A DNA stretch of 64,000 nt from Schmidtea nova (Eukaryota): assembly GCA_044892505.1 (NCBI GenBank), contig CM097882.1, positions 376,650,001 to 376,714,000 of the forward strand. Reading direction: 5' to 3'. Both the position numbers and the translations under genes were made by a program. Positions 13,630 through 24,700 of the stretch are shown here, one piece after another. Below the pieces are notes generated by a model. The model was not told where the DNA came from. It made no database searches and was given only the letters and a program-made list of their open reading frames with translations. Every line of letters starts with the position of its first letter. The stretch's first letter is position 1.

Positions 13630-14762
13630 TTAAAACTTCTCAAACATAGAAGGTAGTATTGATAATTAGTGAAAGGTAGTTTATTAGGCGTCTAGATCTA
13701 TTTTACCCAATATAAAATTCAATCAATTTATCTTAGTTTATCTTGATAATTTTCGTATTATTTGGAAATGTATTTGGAAATGTAAATTGAAAATTTAAGG
13801 TACATGAGTTAACATACGAATAGATATATAAATCATTAAAATAAAAGATACCACCAAAGGGCAACACGAAGTTGAATTTATTTAACAACAACATTACAAC
13901 ATCAAACCCGAGTTCGATCGACAAGTTTTCCTTAAATCACATCCCATAATGGGCTGAATCTCATCGCAGGATAGGGAGCCGAATTTTGCAATATATTTTC
14001 CAATAAAACTCCCATTCATCGCCAATTAATTTCTTTAGTTTTGTTGACCAAAATTGTGCAAGTTAATTAAAAATGAAATCCCCGGCGAAAAACTTGTGGA
14101 TCCAATGAAGATAAAATTTCCTCAATAGGGGAAGATTTCCAAGATGGCAGTGTATCATTCACTGCATCGTTTTTAATCGCAGTGTAGAATTTGCGATCCA
14201 TTGAAGAAGAGGTTTGTCACTCCGAAGAAAAGTGTCTGGATAGAAGATTCCGACGGTTTGATAAACTGTTTCCATAAACTCCTTGAATAACTATGGTCGA
14301 GCCAAGAAATCATAACCATCTAAATAAATTTATGGAATAAAATGGAATTAAAAAGAAAAGATAAAAACGCTTACTCTAAATATTGAAACAGGAAAATAAA
14401 TTCCAGAAATTCTAAAATAGAAAATAATCGATAATAATAAACTCTAAATAGGACCGGCAATCAAAATTAAATAATTAAATCCACTAAACGCATTTCAAAA
14501 TTACTATATAGCGTATTTCTAATTGCGATAGTAGAAAGGTAGGGTCCTTGAGTTTTCTGGATATTCCTAAAAAAATTTTATTTGATAATTAAAATTTCAG
14601 TAGAGGGGGAGTAAAATGCTCAAATCAACCGATCATCAAAAATTTATAAATCTCAATCCGTTGTCAATGACTACCAACTTGGCGAAGATTTAAAAGTTAA
14701 AATATTAAATTTTTAATAAAAATTGTTATTATTATTTATAAGAAGCAAGAAAGACACTAGGT

Positions 14763-15232
14763 CAGCGGTCGGGGAACTTTTTTAACCATTACCCCAAAAT
14801 ATTTTTGCGTAAGTCGATATTATCCCCCCTTCTGAAAAGAAAACAATCAATTTAAATTTAAATAAACATTATTTATTAATATTATTATCAATAATTCTCA
14901 TAATGACTATAGATCAAAATTTTTTTTTATAAACAATAACACAATATTTCGGCACAGCCTTTATCGGCTGTGCCGAAATATTGTGTTATTGTTTATAAAA
15001 AAAAATTTTGATCTATAGTCATTATGAGAATTATTGATAATAATATTAAAAAAAGATCAAAGGTGAAAAAAGATAATTATGATATTATTTATTAAATTAA
15101 TTTACATTTACATATTTATAAAAAAAAGTTGCACGAAATAGCAATTTAAATATTAGAAAAATTTCCCTATTACCCAAAAAATTTTCATTTTTACCCCATT
15201 TGGGGTAATTTACCCTGGTTCCCCGACCGCTG
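14763..15232. mobile_element. hAT (Charlie-like) MITE (470 bp)
   Basis: 15-bp perfect TIR CAGCGGTCGGGGAAC and 8-bp TSD CACTAGGT (14755-14762, 15233-15240). The paralogous repeat copy at ~23800 has the empty site (acctagtg). Confidence 0.92.
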
Positions 15233-16106
15233 CACTAGGTAATAAAATATAAGTGAAGTTTAGTCAAATATATCCATAAAAATTCCAACAATTTAAAAAG
15301 CATAAAAATAATAATTAAGTATATTGGGATAATAAAAGCTGTACATACCCGAGTAATTACGTTTCTAAACGAATGTTTGAATCCCGAATTGAGTGGTGAT
15401 ATTTTAACATTTGAAGTGTTTTGAGTAACTTGGAAACTCGAAAAGTTTTCATAATACCATGTAACCTTAAAATGAAGATCTCAGATTCAAGGGTTATCAG
15501 ATCCTGCTATATTACTGTCGTTGCCGGATACTAAGACCTCGAAGGAAATTTGAATATATTTAAAATTTTTTTTGAATTTAGTGAAATTGTAATTAAAATC
15601 ACGCAGACTACTCCTCTTAATTCAAAAGATCAACCAAAATTTTTTTATTACACTGTAATTTCAAACTTATCACTCAATGACATTAATTGCCGTTCAGATC
15701 CTGTAAACATAGGAGTTAAATACGGTTGAATAATGAATAACCTTACAGATAAATAAGCGTTCCCATCGCATAACAATTGTATCTATACAATGCATTTTTG
15801 CTTTTGACTTGTGTGAATGTTGCTGTATTGTAAATTAAAAGTTTGTGTACAAATTGATTTCCTTTATCATGTCATAGTATAATATAAGTAGTTATCTTCA
15901 CCTATATTCATATTATATTCTAATGGAACATAGAGATTAAATTTCCTTCTAAACACAATACAAGTCAGAGACATAATAATTAAAGCAAGGGCCTATAAGA
16001 GTGCAATAAACTTTCTACCGGTCGCCCTTGAACCCAACGATATGTTCGGTCATTCATAGTTTCGGTTTTTTGACGCTCACTGTTTGCGAACATTCATCCA
16101 TCTGTT

Positions 16107-17821
16107 TGATTTAAAAGAAGCCCTGATGAAAACACCTATACTGGATTATCCTAGGATAGACAGGGTATTTGTCTTAGATACGAATGCTTGTTTTGAAGCT
16201 GTAGGTGCCGTTCTGAGTCAAATCACAGAGGAAGGTAAAGAAGTAGTAATTCCGTATGGGTCGAGACATCTCACAGCACACGAAAAAGGGTATTGTGTGA
16301 CCAGAAAGGAATTGCTGGCATTACATGAGTATGTTACTTATTTTCGTCAATACTTATATGGGAAGGAGTTCATAGCGATTACCGACCACAAGGCGCTTGT
16401 ATTTATGAATACGACAAAGAAAGCGATAAGTCCACAATTCCAAACATGAATGGTGAACTTATCAGAATATAATTTTAAATTGCAGTATCGGAAAGGAGTA
16501 GAACATGCGAATGCCGATGGATTGTTGAGAATTGGAGGAATGTTGTGCGCACAATGTCAAACACAACACGAAGAGCCGAAGAAGGAGAGAGCTAGGGTAC
16601 GATATATTAATTCGATACAAAAAACTGGCACCATGATGAAAATTATGGAAAAACAAAAGAAGGACAAGGGGTTTCAAGGAGCATGGAATTATATCAATGA
16701 AATTTTGAATGAGGAAGAAGTTTTTTTCAAGAAATCTTTCCTATATGCTCACAAAGACAGATTGAAGATCAACGATGACCTAATTACCGTAGAGAGAGAA
16801 TCCAGTGATTTAGTAGCAGTTCCAGAGAGCCATCAAAAACAACTGGTTAAGAAGATTCATGAAGAATTATGTCATGTGGGGGAAAAAAGTCTTTCATTAC
16901 ATGGAAAATAGTTTTTTCTGGCCAAAGATGTGTGAAACAGTAAGACACGTTGTAAAAAAATATAGTATATGTGCGAGAAGGAAAATAGATCAAGGAAGAA
17001 CGAAAGAACTTTTTATTCCACGCGGAAGTAACGGGTTTTTGGAACAAATCGTAGTTGATGTAGCACACATGGAAAAGACATGGTCCGGAAAGAGATATGT
17101 AGTTGTCATAATAGATCGGTTCAGTAAATTAGTATGCCTAACTGCGACAGAGAAGCAAGACGAAATGACGATATTCCGGATTATACTTCATAATTGGATT
17201 TATAAATATGGAAAGCCAGAAAGTATTCTTTCAGACAGAGGAAAAAATTTTGAAGGCAGATATATGAAAGAGAATTTCGAAGTTTTAGGGATTCATCAAG
17301 AATTCTCAGCACCATATCAACATTAATCAAATGGATTGGTAGAAAGAGTAATTCGCACGATGAGAGATCTACTGGTGACTTCAATTCTTAGTAACAAGAG
17401 GCGATATGAATGGTGCTAGATACTTCCAAGGGTGGAATTCAGCATCAATGCGACGTTTCAAAGCACAACTAAATATTCTCCATTTGAGATTGTGTATGGA
17501 CGGAAAGTGTCACTTCATGCCAATGGACAAGGATCAGAGATCAAAGGCCAAAGAGTTGACGAGAAAGTGGTTCAGAATGCTAAGTTAGCGGCGGATAGAA
17601 TGAGAATTTTAGAAAAAGATCGAAGAGGTAAACGTTCTTTTGAAGTGGGGGAGGAAGTATTGGTTCGGCGGGAGCCATACAGAAGGAATAAGAATGACAT
17701 GCAATACGATGGACCATATAAGATTGTTAGATTTTTGTCGGAACACCAGGTCGAGCTACAATTTCCGGATGCTAGACGACCGAGACGGATAGAATGGCTG
17801 AAGAGATGGCATCAAAGTTGA
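16107..17821 (+). mobile_element. 5'-truncated Ty3/gypsy pol (RNase H and integrase), pseudogenised
   Basis: FVLDTNAC..AVGAVLSQ, ELLAL, ITDHKAL (RNase H), IHEELCH (IN zinc finger), VVDV/IIDRFSK/ILSDRGKNF/PYQH*SNGLVER (core) and YDGPYKIV (GPY/F). Stops at 16449 and 17324, plus frameshifts. Confidence 0.93.
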
Positions 17822-17960
17822 GGAGGGGAAAGTAATGTAATGATTATTAAAAAACAATGTTGTTTACATAATCAACAAGAAGGAGTTGTTTTTAAAAATA
17901 AATATTAAGTTGTTCAATTGTTCAATTGTTTATTCTTGATGTCTGATATTAAGATAGTTA
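17820..17960 (+). mobile_element. Polypurine tract and probable start of the 3' LTR of the gypsy remnant
   Basis: GAGGAGGGGAAAG right at the integrase stop, followed by TGTAATG at 17836. The LTR end could not be defined. Confidence 0.6.
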
Positions 17961-18108
17961 CTAATTATATGCATATTTAAAATTTTATAATATATTTTTA
18001 AATAATTATTCACTAGCATATTTTAAATTTTTTATCGTTGACAATTTTAATATTACTTCTATCATCTTTGTTTAAATAATCACAAAAAAACTTTATTATC
18101 ACACTAAA

Positions 18109-19872
18109 ATGAATAATGAACAATATACGATATTTGACGAGAATTCCTTGAGAAAAATAAAAAGCTCTCAAGCACAGGGAAAACTGAAAATTGTATCGAG
18201 GTATTTACAGGATATTCCATGTAAAGTTAATTGCACCCATAATTGCAATAGAGATTTTGATGGTAATTTAAATAATTTTTAATAATTATTTCAATGAAAA
18301 ACGGCACCATTTATAGGTCTCAGAATTTCTCCAGATGTTTTCAATTATGTTATAATCGATACAGAATATTTGATTAATTTTTCTGAAGTTTTAGATTTAA
18401 TTGATAATATAGGTTTCATAATAACACTATCTACGATGAGATATGTATGGAACTATTTTTTAAATAAATTATTTATTTTCCAAATAGATACAAAACTATA
18501 ATCGCAGGCTTTATTATAAATTGAAAAAACTATTTGAAGATCCAGCTAAATCGATAATTTTATTCCAAAATGAATTTCATAGAGAATGTTTCATTACCCA
18601 GAAAGAAAATGAAGAAACACTCAATTATATCACCCGTTTGAATTACTTTGCTGCACAATTTTACCTTGGTCATCTTGATTATCATCCAACTGTTGTGCTG
18701 CTGACAGCCAATACCGATGTTGCGATGCTCCAATACAGCAACTGTGTGAGAAAATCTGGAATGGATTCGTCAGTAAATGTGGAAATTATGAAAATTAAAC
18801 AATATTTATCGAATTATCACAAAGATAATTTTTCAACAATGGAATTAGTCGACAGTCTTGAAGCTGCTTTCGATTGCATTAAGAATTCTGATGTAAATAT
18901 TCCACAAGGTATTTTATTATTTACTTGACATTTTAAACGATTATTAATCTTATTTTAATTATATTTTAACTCATTTATTGAATTTAATTAATATCAGCAT
19001 CTTTAATTTCTGAAGAATTTATTCATTTTTTTACATTTTCATTAATTTAAGACAATAAATCAAAATATTTTCATTCGAATATAGCTGTATACACTCTCTT
19101 TATAATAGGATTCATAAAAATTGTTAATACCACATGTCCACAAAATGCTCCAATTTTAATTTTTTTACCTATATCCATTTACTGTTTGCATCGAGCTAAC
19201 TCGTCCAATATAAATGAAAGACTGTTGAAGGACGGTCGCACTGAGGATTTGGAAATCAAGGGCTCTTTCTGCCCATGTCGAAATTTTTTTAAAAGAATTG
19301 ATTTTAAATTTTGTATTCACTGCATTTCAATTTTTTTCATAAGTGCTTGCACTTATTTTCAATCGATTTATAGCTTATTCGATTTACAATTTAATTCTCT
19401 ACAAGATTCTGTTTAAACTTTTGTTATAATAATGATTTTGATTTTTAGCACACTGTGCACTTCAACTTTTTAAATGGTGCTCAAATAATATTTTAACATT
19501 TTATTACATCAATCTTTTTGAAAAGTTATTCTCTATAATATGCTATCTCAATTTGGGTTATAATAATGATTTTGATTTTTAGCACACTGTGCACTTCAAC
19601 TTTTTAAATGGTGCTCAAATAATATTTTAACATTTTATTACATCAATCTTTTTGAAAAGTTATTCTCTATAATATGCTATCTCAATTTGGGTTATAATAA
19701 TGATTTTGATTTTTAGCACACTGTGCACTTCAACTTTTTAAATGGTGCTAAAATAATATTTTAACATTTTATTACATCAATCTTCTTGAAAAGTTATTCT
19801 CTATAATGTGGTAACTTAATTTAGGTTATAATATTGTTTTCAATTTGTGTGCAAGTGTTGGGTATTATTTTC

Positions 19873-19934
<62 letters not shown>

Positions 19935-22900
19935 CCCATTGAAGTCTATGGGGGTAGAATACGATTCGCTATCCATTTTAGTTTTCGTATACCCTTAACT
20001 TAAATTACTCGACTTTGTTTAAAACAGGAGCTTCGATAGTATTGCTACGCAATATTAAACATCAAAAACGGGAAACTCTTTTTATATTGTAACTATTAAT
20101 ATTATGCTTATTATAAATAATGTTAAAATTTAAACTTAGTAATTTATTAAAAATTAATTAATTAGAAAATTATAAACATAGTGAAGCGGTTAGTTGAATA
20201 TATTCACAATAGCACTTAATATTGATTTCTCAATTTTGCTATTTATACATAATAATGACGGCACTAATACCTTTTTTATTTATATTTTTAAACTCATCAC
20301 AGAAATCTAATTTAATTATTAGAAATGCGTATTGATGCAATGCAAGAATACCTTTCGGATGAAGTATTAGCTCGTTCTGTAAATTCCGGTGATTTTCTCA
20401 AAGGTATTATTCGAGTGAATAAATTCAAATCGAGAGATGAAGCAATAGTTGTACTGTCAGAGTAAATTCCTATTTCCATAGCAGAAACAAAATTCTTTAA
20501 TTTTTCACAGAGGAAATTCCACAAAACAAATGATGGCAGTACACAGCGAGGTTTTAATTCAAGGCCAACTCAACCGAAATCGTGCTATTGATGGAGACTG
20601 TGTCGCTTTGATGATTCTCCCGGAATCTCAATGGGCCAGCAAGAAATTGGAAATATCGGGATCGGAAGCCAGTGCTGAATTAGCGCTTCCCGTAGCAGAA
20701 ATAGCCGAAAATGAAGCAATCGAATCAGGCAGCACAAGAACACCAACCGGTCGCGTTGTGGGAATCATAAGAAGAAATTGGAGGGATTACGTGTGCAGCT
20801 TTGAAAAGAGTGATCTCAATGTCGGCCAATACGTGCTGGTCACCCCGTACGACAGACGGATTCCGAGGATCAGAATCGGAATCACTAGTGCCGATAAATT
20901 GATAAATCATCGATTTATCGTTCGAATTGACGGCTGGCCTTTGAGTTCCAAATATCCGAATGGGCATTTTGTCGAATCGATTGGAGTTATCGGTGATTTA
21001 GAAACGGAAACCAGAACGTTACTCATTGAGTACAATCTATATAACCGACCATTCACTGCCAGCCAATTGGCCGAGTTGCCAATAAACACCCCGGATAAGC
21101 CCTGGAAAATGAACCCCGATGAAGTGTCGAAGAGGAGAGATCTGAGAGAATTGCTAATTTTCAGTATTGACCCAATCGGATGCCAAGATGTCGATGATAC
21201 GCTGTCGATACGGAAACTACCGAATGGGAATGTCGAGCTCGGTGTTCACATTGCCGATGTTACGCATTTCGTGAAGCCGCACTCGCTGTTGGATCTGGAA
21301 GCAAGGAAACGGTCGACGAGTATTTACATGGCCGACAGACGGTTTGACATGTTACCCCATGTTCTCAGCGGGGATTTGTGCTCATTATGGAGCGACGTGG
21401 ATCGATACGCTGTCAGTGTTGTCTGGGAACTCACGTCGGATATTGAGGTCGTCTCTGTCGAGTATTTCCGGAGTGTCATTCGGTCGAGTTATAAATTACA
21501 CTACGAGCTCGCACAGGACATTTACGATAGCAAAATCGATTTTAAATCCTCGCTTGAACTGATACCGGAATTGGCAAAGAAGCACAAAGCATTTAAAGAT
21601 GGCGCCGAACGATTCCAGCAGTTGAAATCGGCAATTACAATGCTGATCAACGTGTCATCTATCCTGAAAACGAGGAGAATCGAAGCCGGCGGGTTGGAAT
21701 TGGAAGGAATGGAAGTCCAGGTGAAATTTTCCGACCCGGAAAGAACTCAGTTAGAAGATCTCCATCAAAAGGAACCGCTGGAAGTCCACGAAACGATTGC
21801 CGAATGCATGATATTCGCCAACCATTGGGTGGCGAAGAAATGCCTAGAGAACTACCCGACTCGGTCGTGCTTGCGTCACCATCCGTCACCGAGAATGGAC
21901 CACTTTGTGGAACTGATTCATTGCGCTAACACGAAAGGATTCACGATTAACTTCTCATCGAATTTAGAGCTCGCTAAATCGTTGGATTTAGCGGTCGATA
22001 AAGACGATTTGGAAACCAACAAAATCCTCCGAAGTCTCGCTACAATGGCCATGTCGAATGCGCAATATTTCTCCACCGGATCCCTGAAAGCCGAAGACTA
22101 TTACCATTACGGATTGGCATTGCCGACTTACACGCATTTCACCTCACCGATCCGTCGGTATGCCGACATTCTCGTCCATCGGATTCTGCTCTGTTCCATT
22201 GAAGGCGTTCCAGAGGAGAGTTTGTTGACGAATTCTTCACTGGCTGACCAATGCAACATCATGAACAATCAGTAAATGGATTTTTTATTTATCTCTCTCT
22301 CTCTCTCTTTACATTTTTCCAAATACTTTTTTTCGTTTTTATTGCAAAACAATTTAGGCACCGACAAGCACAACTGGTACAACGGGCGAGTATCGAGCTG
22401 TTCCAGGCAATGTTTTTCAAGAATAAAGAAACGAATGATATTGCACGATATACTGAAGGGGTTATTGTGAAATTACGCTCGAATGGATTCGTTGTTCACA
22501 TCCCTAGATACGGCATCAAAGGTTCCGTGTTCCTCAAGAAGCAAGATAACTCGATCGCCTGGTTGAAATCTCGTCCGAAACCGTTATCGAATATGAAGGA
22601 GGTTTATCACGTGGAATGGCTCAGTGAAAATGACATCAGGTTGGAGACTGAATGCTATCAGCAACTGATCAATAAGCTAACGGTTATCCGGGGAGCCAAT
22701 CAGAAGAAACAGATCTATAAGTTATTCGATCGAGTTTTCCTGAGAATTGATGCATCAGAAAGTCATTCTCACGGGTTGTCATTGCAATTGGAATATGTTG
22801 GACAGTTGAGATCATCAAAACAGAACGTAAAGCAGCTCGCAGTCGTCGATTTGTCTGATCGTTTGTCGAAAGATGATTTATTTCAGGTTTTTGCATTTTA

Positions 22901-23105
22901 GATTTTTATATGAGATTTATGAGAGAAAAAACTTTTCTTTTAGAATGTCAGAGAAGCAAATGATGAAAAGGTTAAGAAAAGAAAATATGTAGAAGAGGAG
23001 GAAATCGATGAATCTGTACTCATTGGCAGTCTCCATTCAAGTTCGTCTATGTGCAATTTATTTCGGCAGTTTAAAATTCGAAAATTGGGAATTAGTCTTC
23101 TATGA
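18109..23105 (+). CDS. DIS3L: DIS3-like exoribonuclease 1 (PIN-CSD-RNB-S1), 7 exons, ~1097 aa
   Basis: Exons 18109-18262, 18317-18444, 18488-18908, 20323-20461, 20511-22271, 22358-22886 and 22944-23105. All introns are GT-AG with consistent phase (3294 nt). Motifs: GKLKIV..YL..IPC, YVIIDT, LFQNEFH, NRAIDGD, PTGRVVGII, IFSIDPIGCQDVDDTLS (DIS3L-type RNB catalytic motif), HYGLALPTYTHFTSPIRRYAD. AATAAA at ~23159. Confidence 0.92.
19425..19830. repeat. 134-bp tandem repeat, 3 copies, in DIS3L intron 3
   Basis: aatgattttgatttttagcacactgtgcac recurs at 19431, 19565 and 19699. Confidence 0.92.
19877..19932. repeat. (TA)n microsatellite
   Basis: Direct reading. Confidence 0.97.
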
Positions 23106-23339
23106 GAATAAATTTTTTGCATTTTATTTGTCTGATTTGTACAAATGTTTTGATTATTAAATAAAAAATCGGTTTGACTCTTAAATAACCCAGTTGGGGA
23201 TATTTTTAATGTTTGTTAGTTAATTTTTGTATTATCTATAATTTCCACTGAATTTCCAAAGTTTCGTTTGAAAAGGAATTCGGAAAAATATTAATTTATT
23301 TAGGGTGGGTATAATTATATTTTCACTTTTTTAGAAATT

Positions 23340-24700
23340 GTTTCGGTAGCTCAGCATTAGTGGGTTGTTGACCATCAATATGACCTTGACGTTGCTATGG
23401 CTCACATCAAAAACTCAATTTACAAAACATAAGATTAACCATCTTGTTGCCTGTCACAATGTAACGTTGGTAATGCAACAAATGGGTGGGTATTCGCAAT
23501 CAGTGAGGTCTAAAATTGGAAACTAGATCAAGTAATTAAATCAATCGATTTTTGCAACGTCTACAACGGATATGACTTTTATTTGTAGTTACTAAAACAT
23601 TTATTTCAAGCAAGCAAAAGTTAGTGATCTCAGAAATACAAACATTTTTTTATGTATTTATTCATGCAACATCATTCTCAGGTAGAATTGATCACTACTC
23701 AATTCGGGGATCAAATATTTCTTTAAAAACGCTTATGTTCGGGTTATTCGATCGCTGTTGTTCTGTAATTTTATGTTTGACAATTTAACTAAACTTATAC
23801 CTAGTGCCTATCTTGTCCCTTAAATTTTATTAAAATCTTTATTAAAAATTTAACATTTAAATTTGAAAATATAAATAATTGAAAAATTTTCATGCAATTT
23901 TGTAATTTTAGACCTTTTAGGCTATATAAAATTTTTAATAAGTTAAATTATTATTAATGCCTAAACTCTCGGTGGATACCCCCCTTTAAATCAATTAAAT
24001 TAAGATAATTTATTTTTCTATATAGAAATAAAAATTCCAGGCTGTACACTTTTCTAAAAATAACTTGCAACCTAATTGGTTGTTTTATAGTATGTAAGCT
24101 ATTTTTATCTAACCAGTTTATCGATTTATTTATTTTATTTTCAGAAGAGGAATTTCCCAATAAAAATTAATCTTCCACTAACGAGTGGGAAAAATCGTTA
24201 ATTATTTAGATATATTTTTCTATTCCGGTTTATAACTTGTATTTTATGTTTTAAGTAACAAGGTGTATTAACAGCAGCGCTAAACTCCCGGTTCAGTTGT
24301 CTCTTCAAAACTTTAGGCTGCTCCGTTCAATACTTACCCAATATGCTTTCAGAAAAATTGGAAATTTCAAAATGAATTCTCCTTCCGTTTAATAAAAATT
24401 CTAATAAAAAACTTTTCGATGAAAGTTAAAATTCGGTTTTTTTCTATTAAACCATGAGATGGTTAAAATCTTCATAGGTTTTTGATCGACATCTGCTTTT
24501 GGTATCTAATAAAATGGTCTAAGTTGGTTCAATAAATATTTAAGTTACCATCTGATTTTTTACACATGCTGTTAATAAATGCGAATATAGATGAACTAAT
24601 GGAATATGTGTTATTAATTGCAGATAGAGAAGTTAGGTTATAGGATGCTCTTGAGTGAGATGATCATCTTAATTTTGATTATAAATGAATAGTTTTACAC
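23340..24700 (+). repeat. Copy D of the composite repeat, inverted relative to A-C
   Basis: 23360-23508 is the reverse complement of the conserved block (gggttgttgaccatcaatatgaccttgacgttgctatggctc). 23690-23860 matches the reverse complement of 14700-14760 plus 15240-15420. Confidence 0.75.

Larger units (their letters stand above)
9150..16107 (-). repeat. Copy C of the composite repeat, interrupted by piggyBac, a TTAA MITE and a hAT MITE, and truncated by a gypsy fragment
   Basis: AT-rich ~300-bp duplicated block at 9150-9790, CA-rich block at 9830-10368 resuming at 13157, exon-like piece at 14060-14330, and a diverged conserved block at 16007-16107 (ataaactttctaccggtcgcccttgaaccc...). Confidence 0.6.

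Noticed and set aside
20312-23122. Small antisense and alternate-frame ORFs over DIS3L (20312, 20725, 20907, 21344, 21659, 22276, 22684, 22940)
   Set aside because: They are shadows of the GC-richer coding strand with no motifs.
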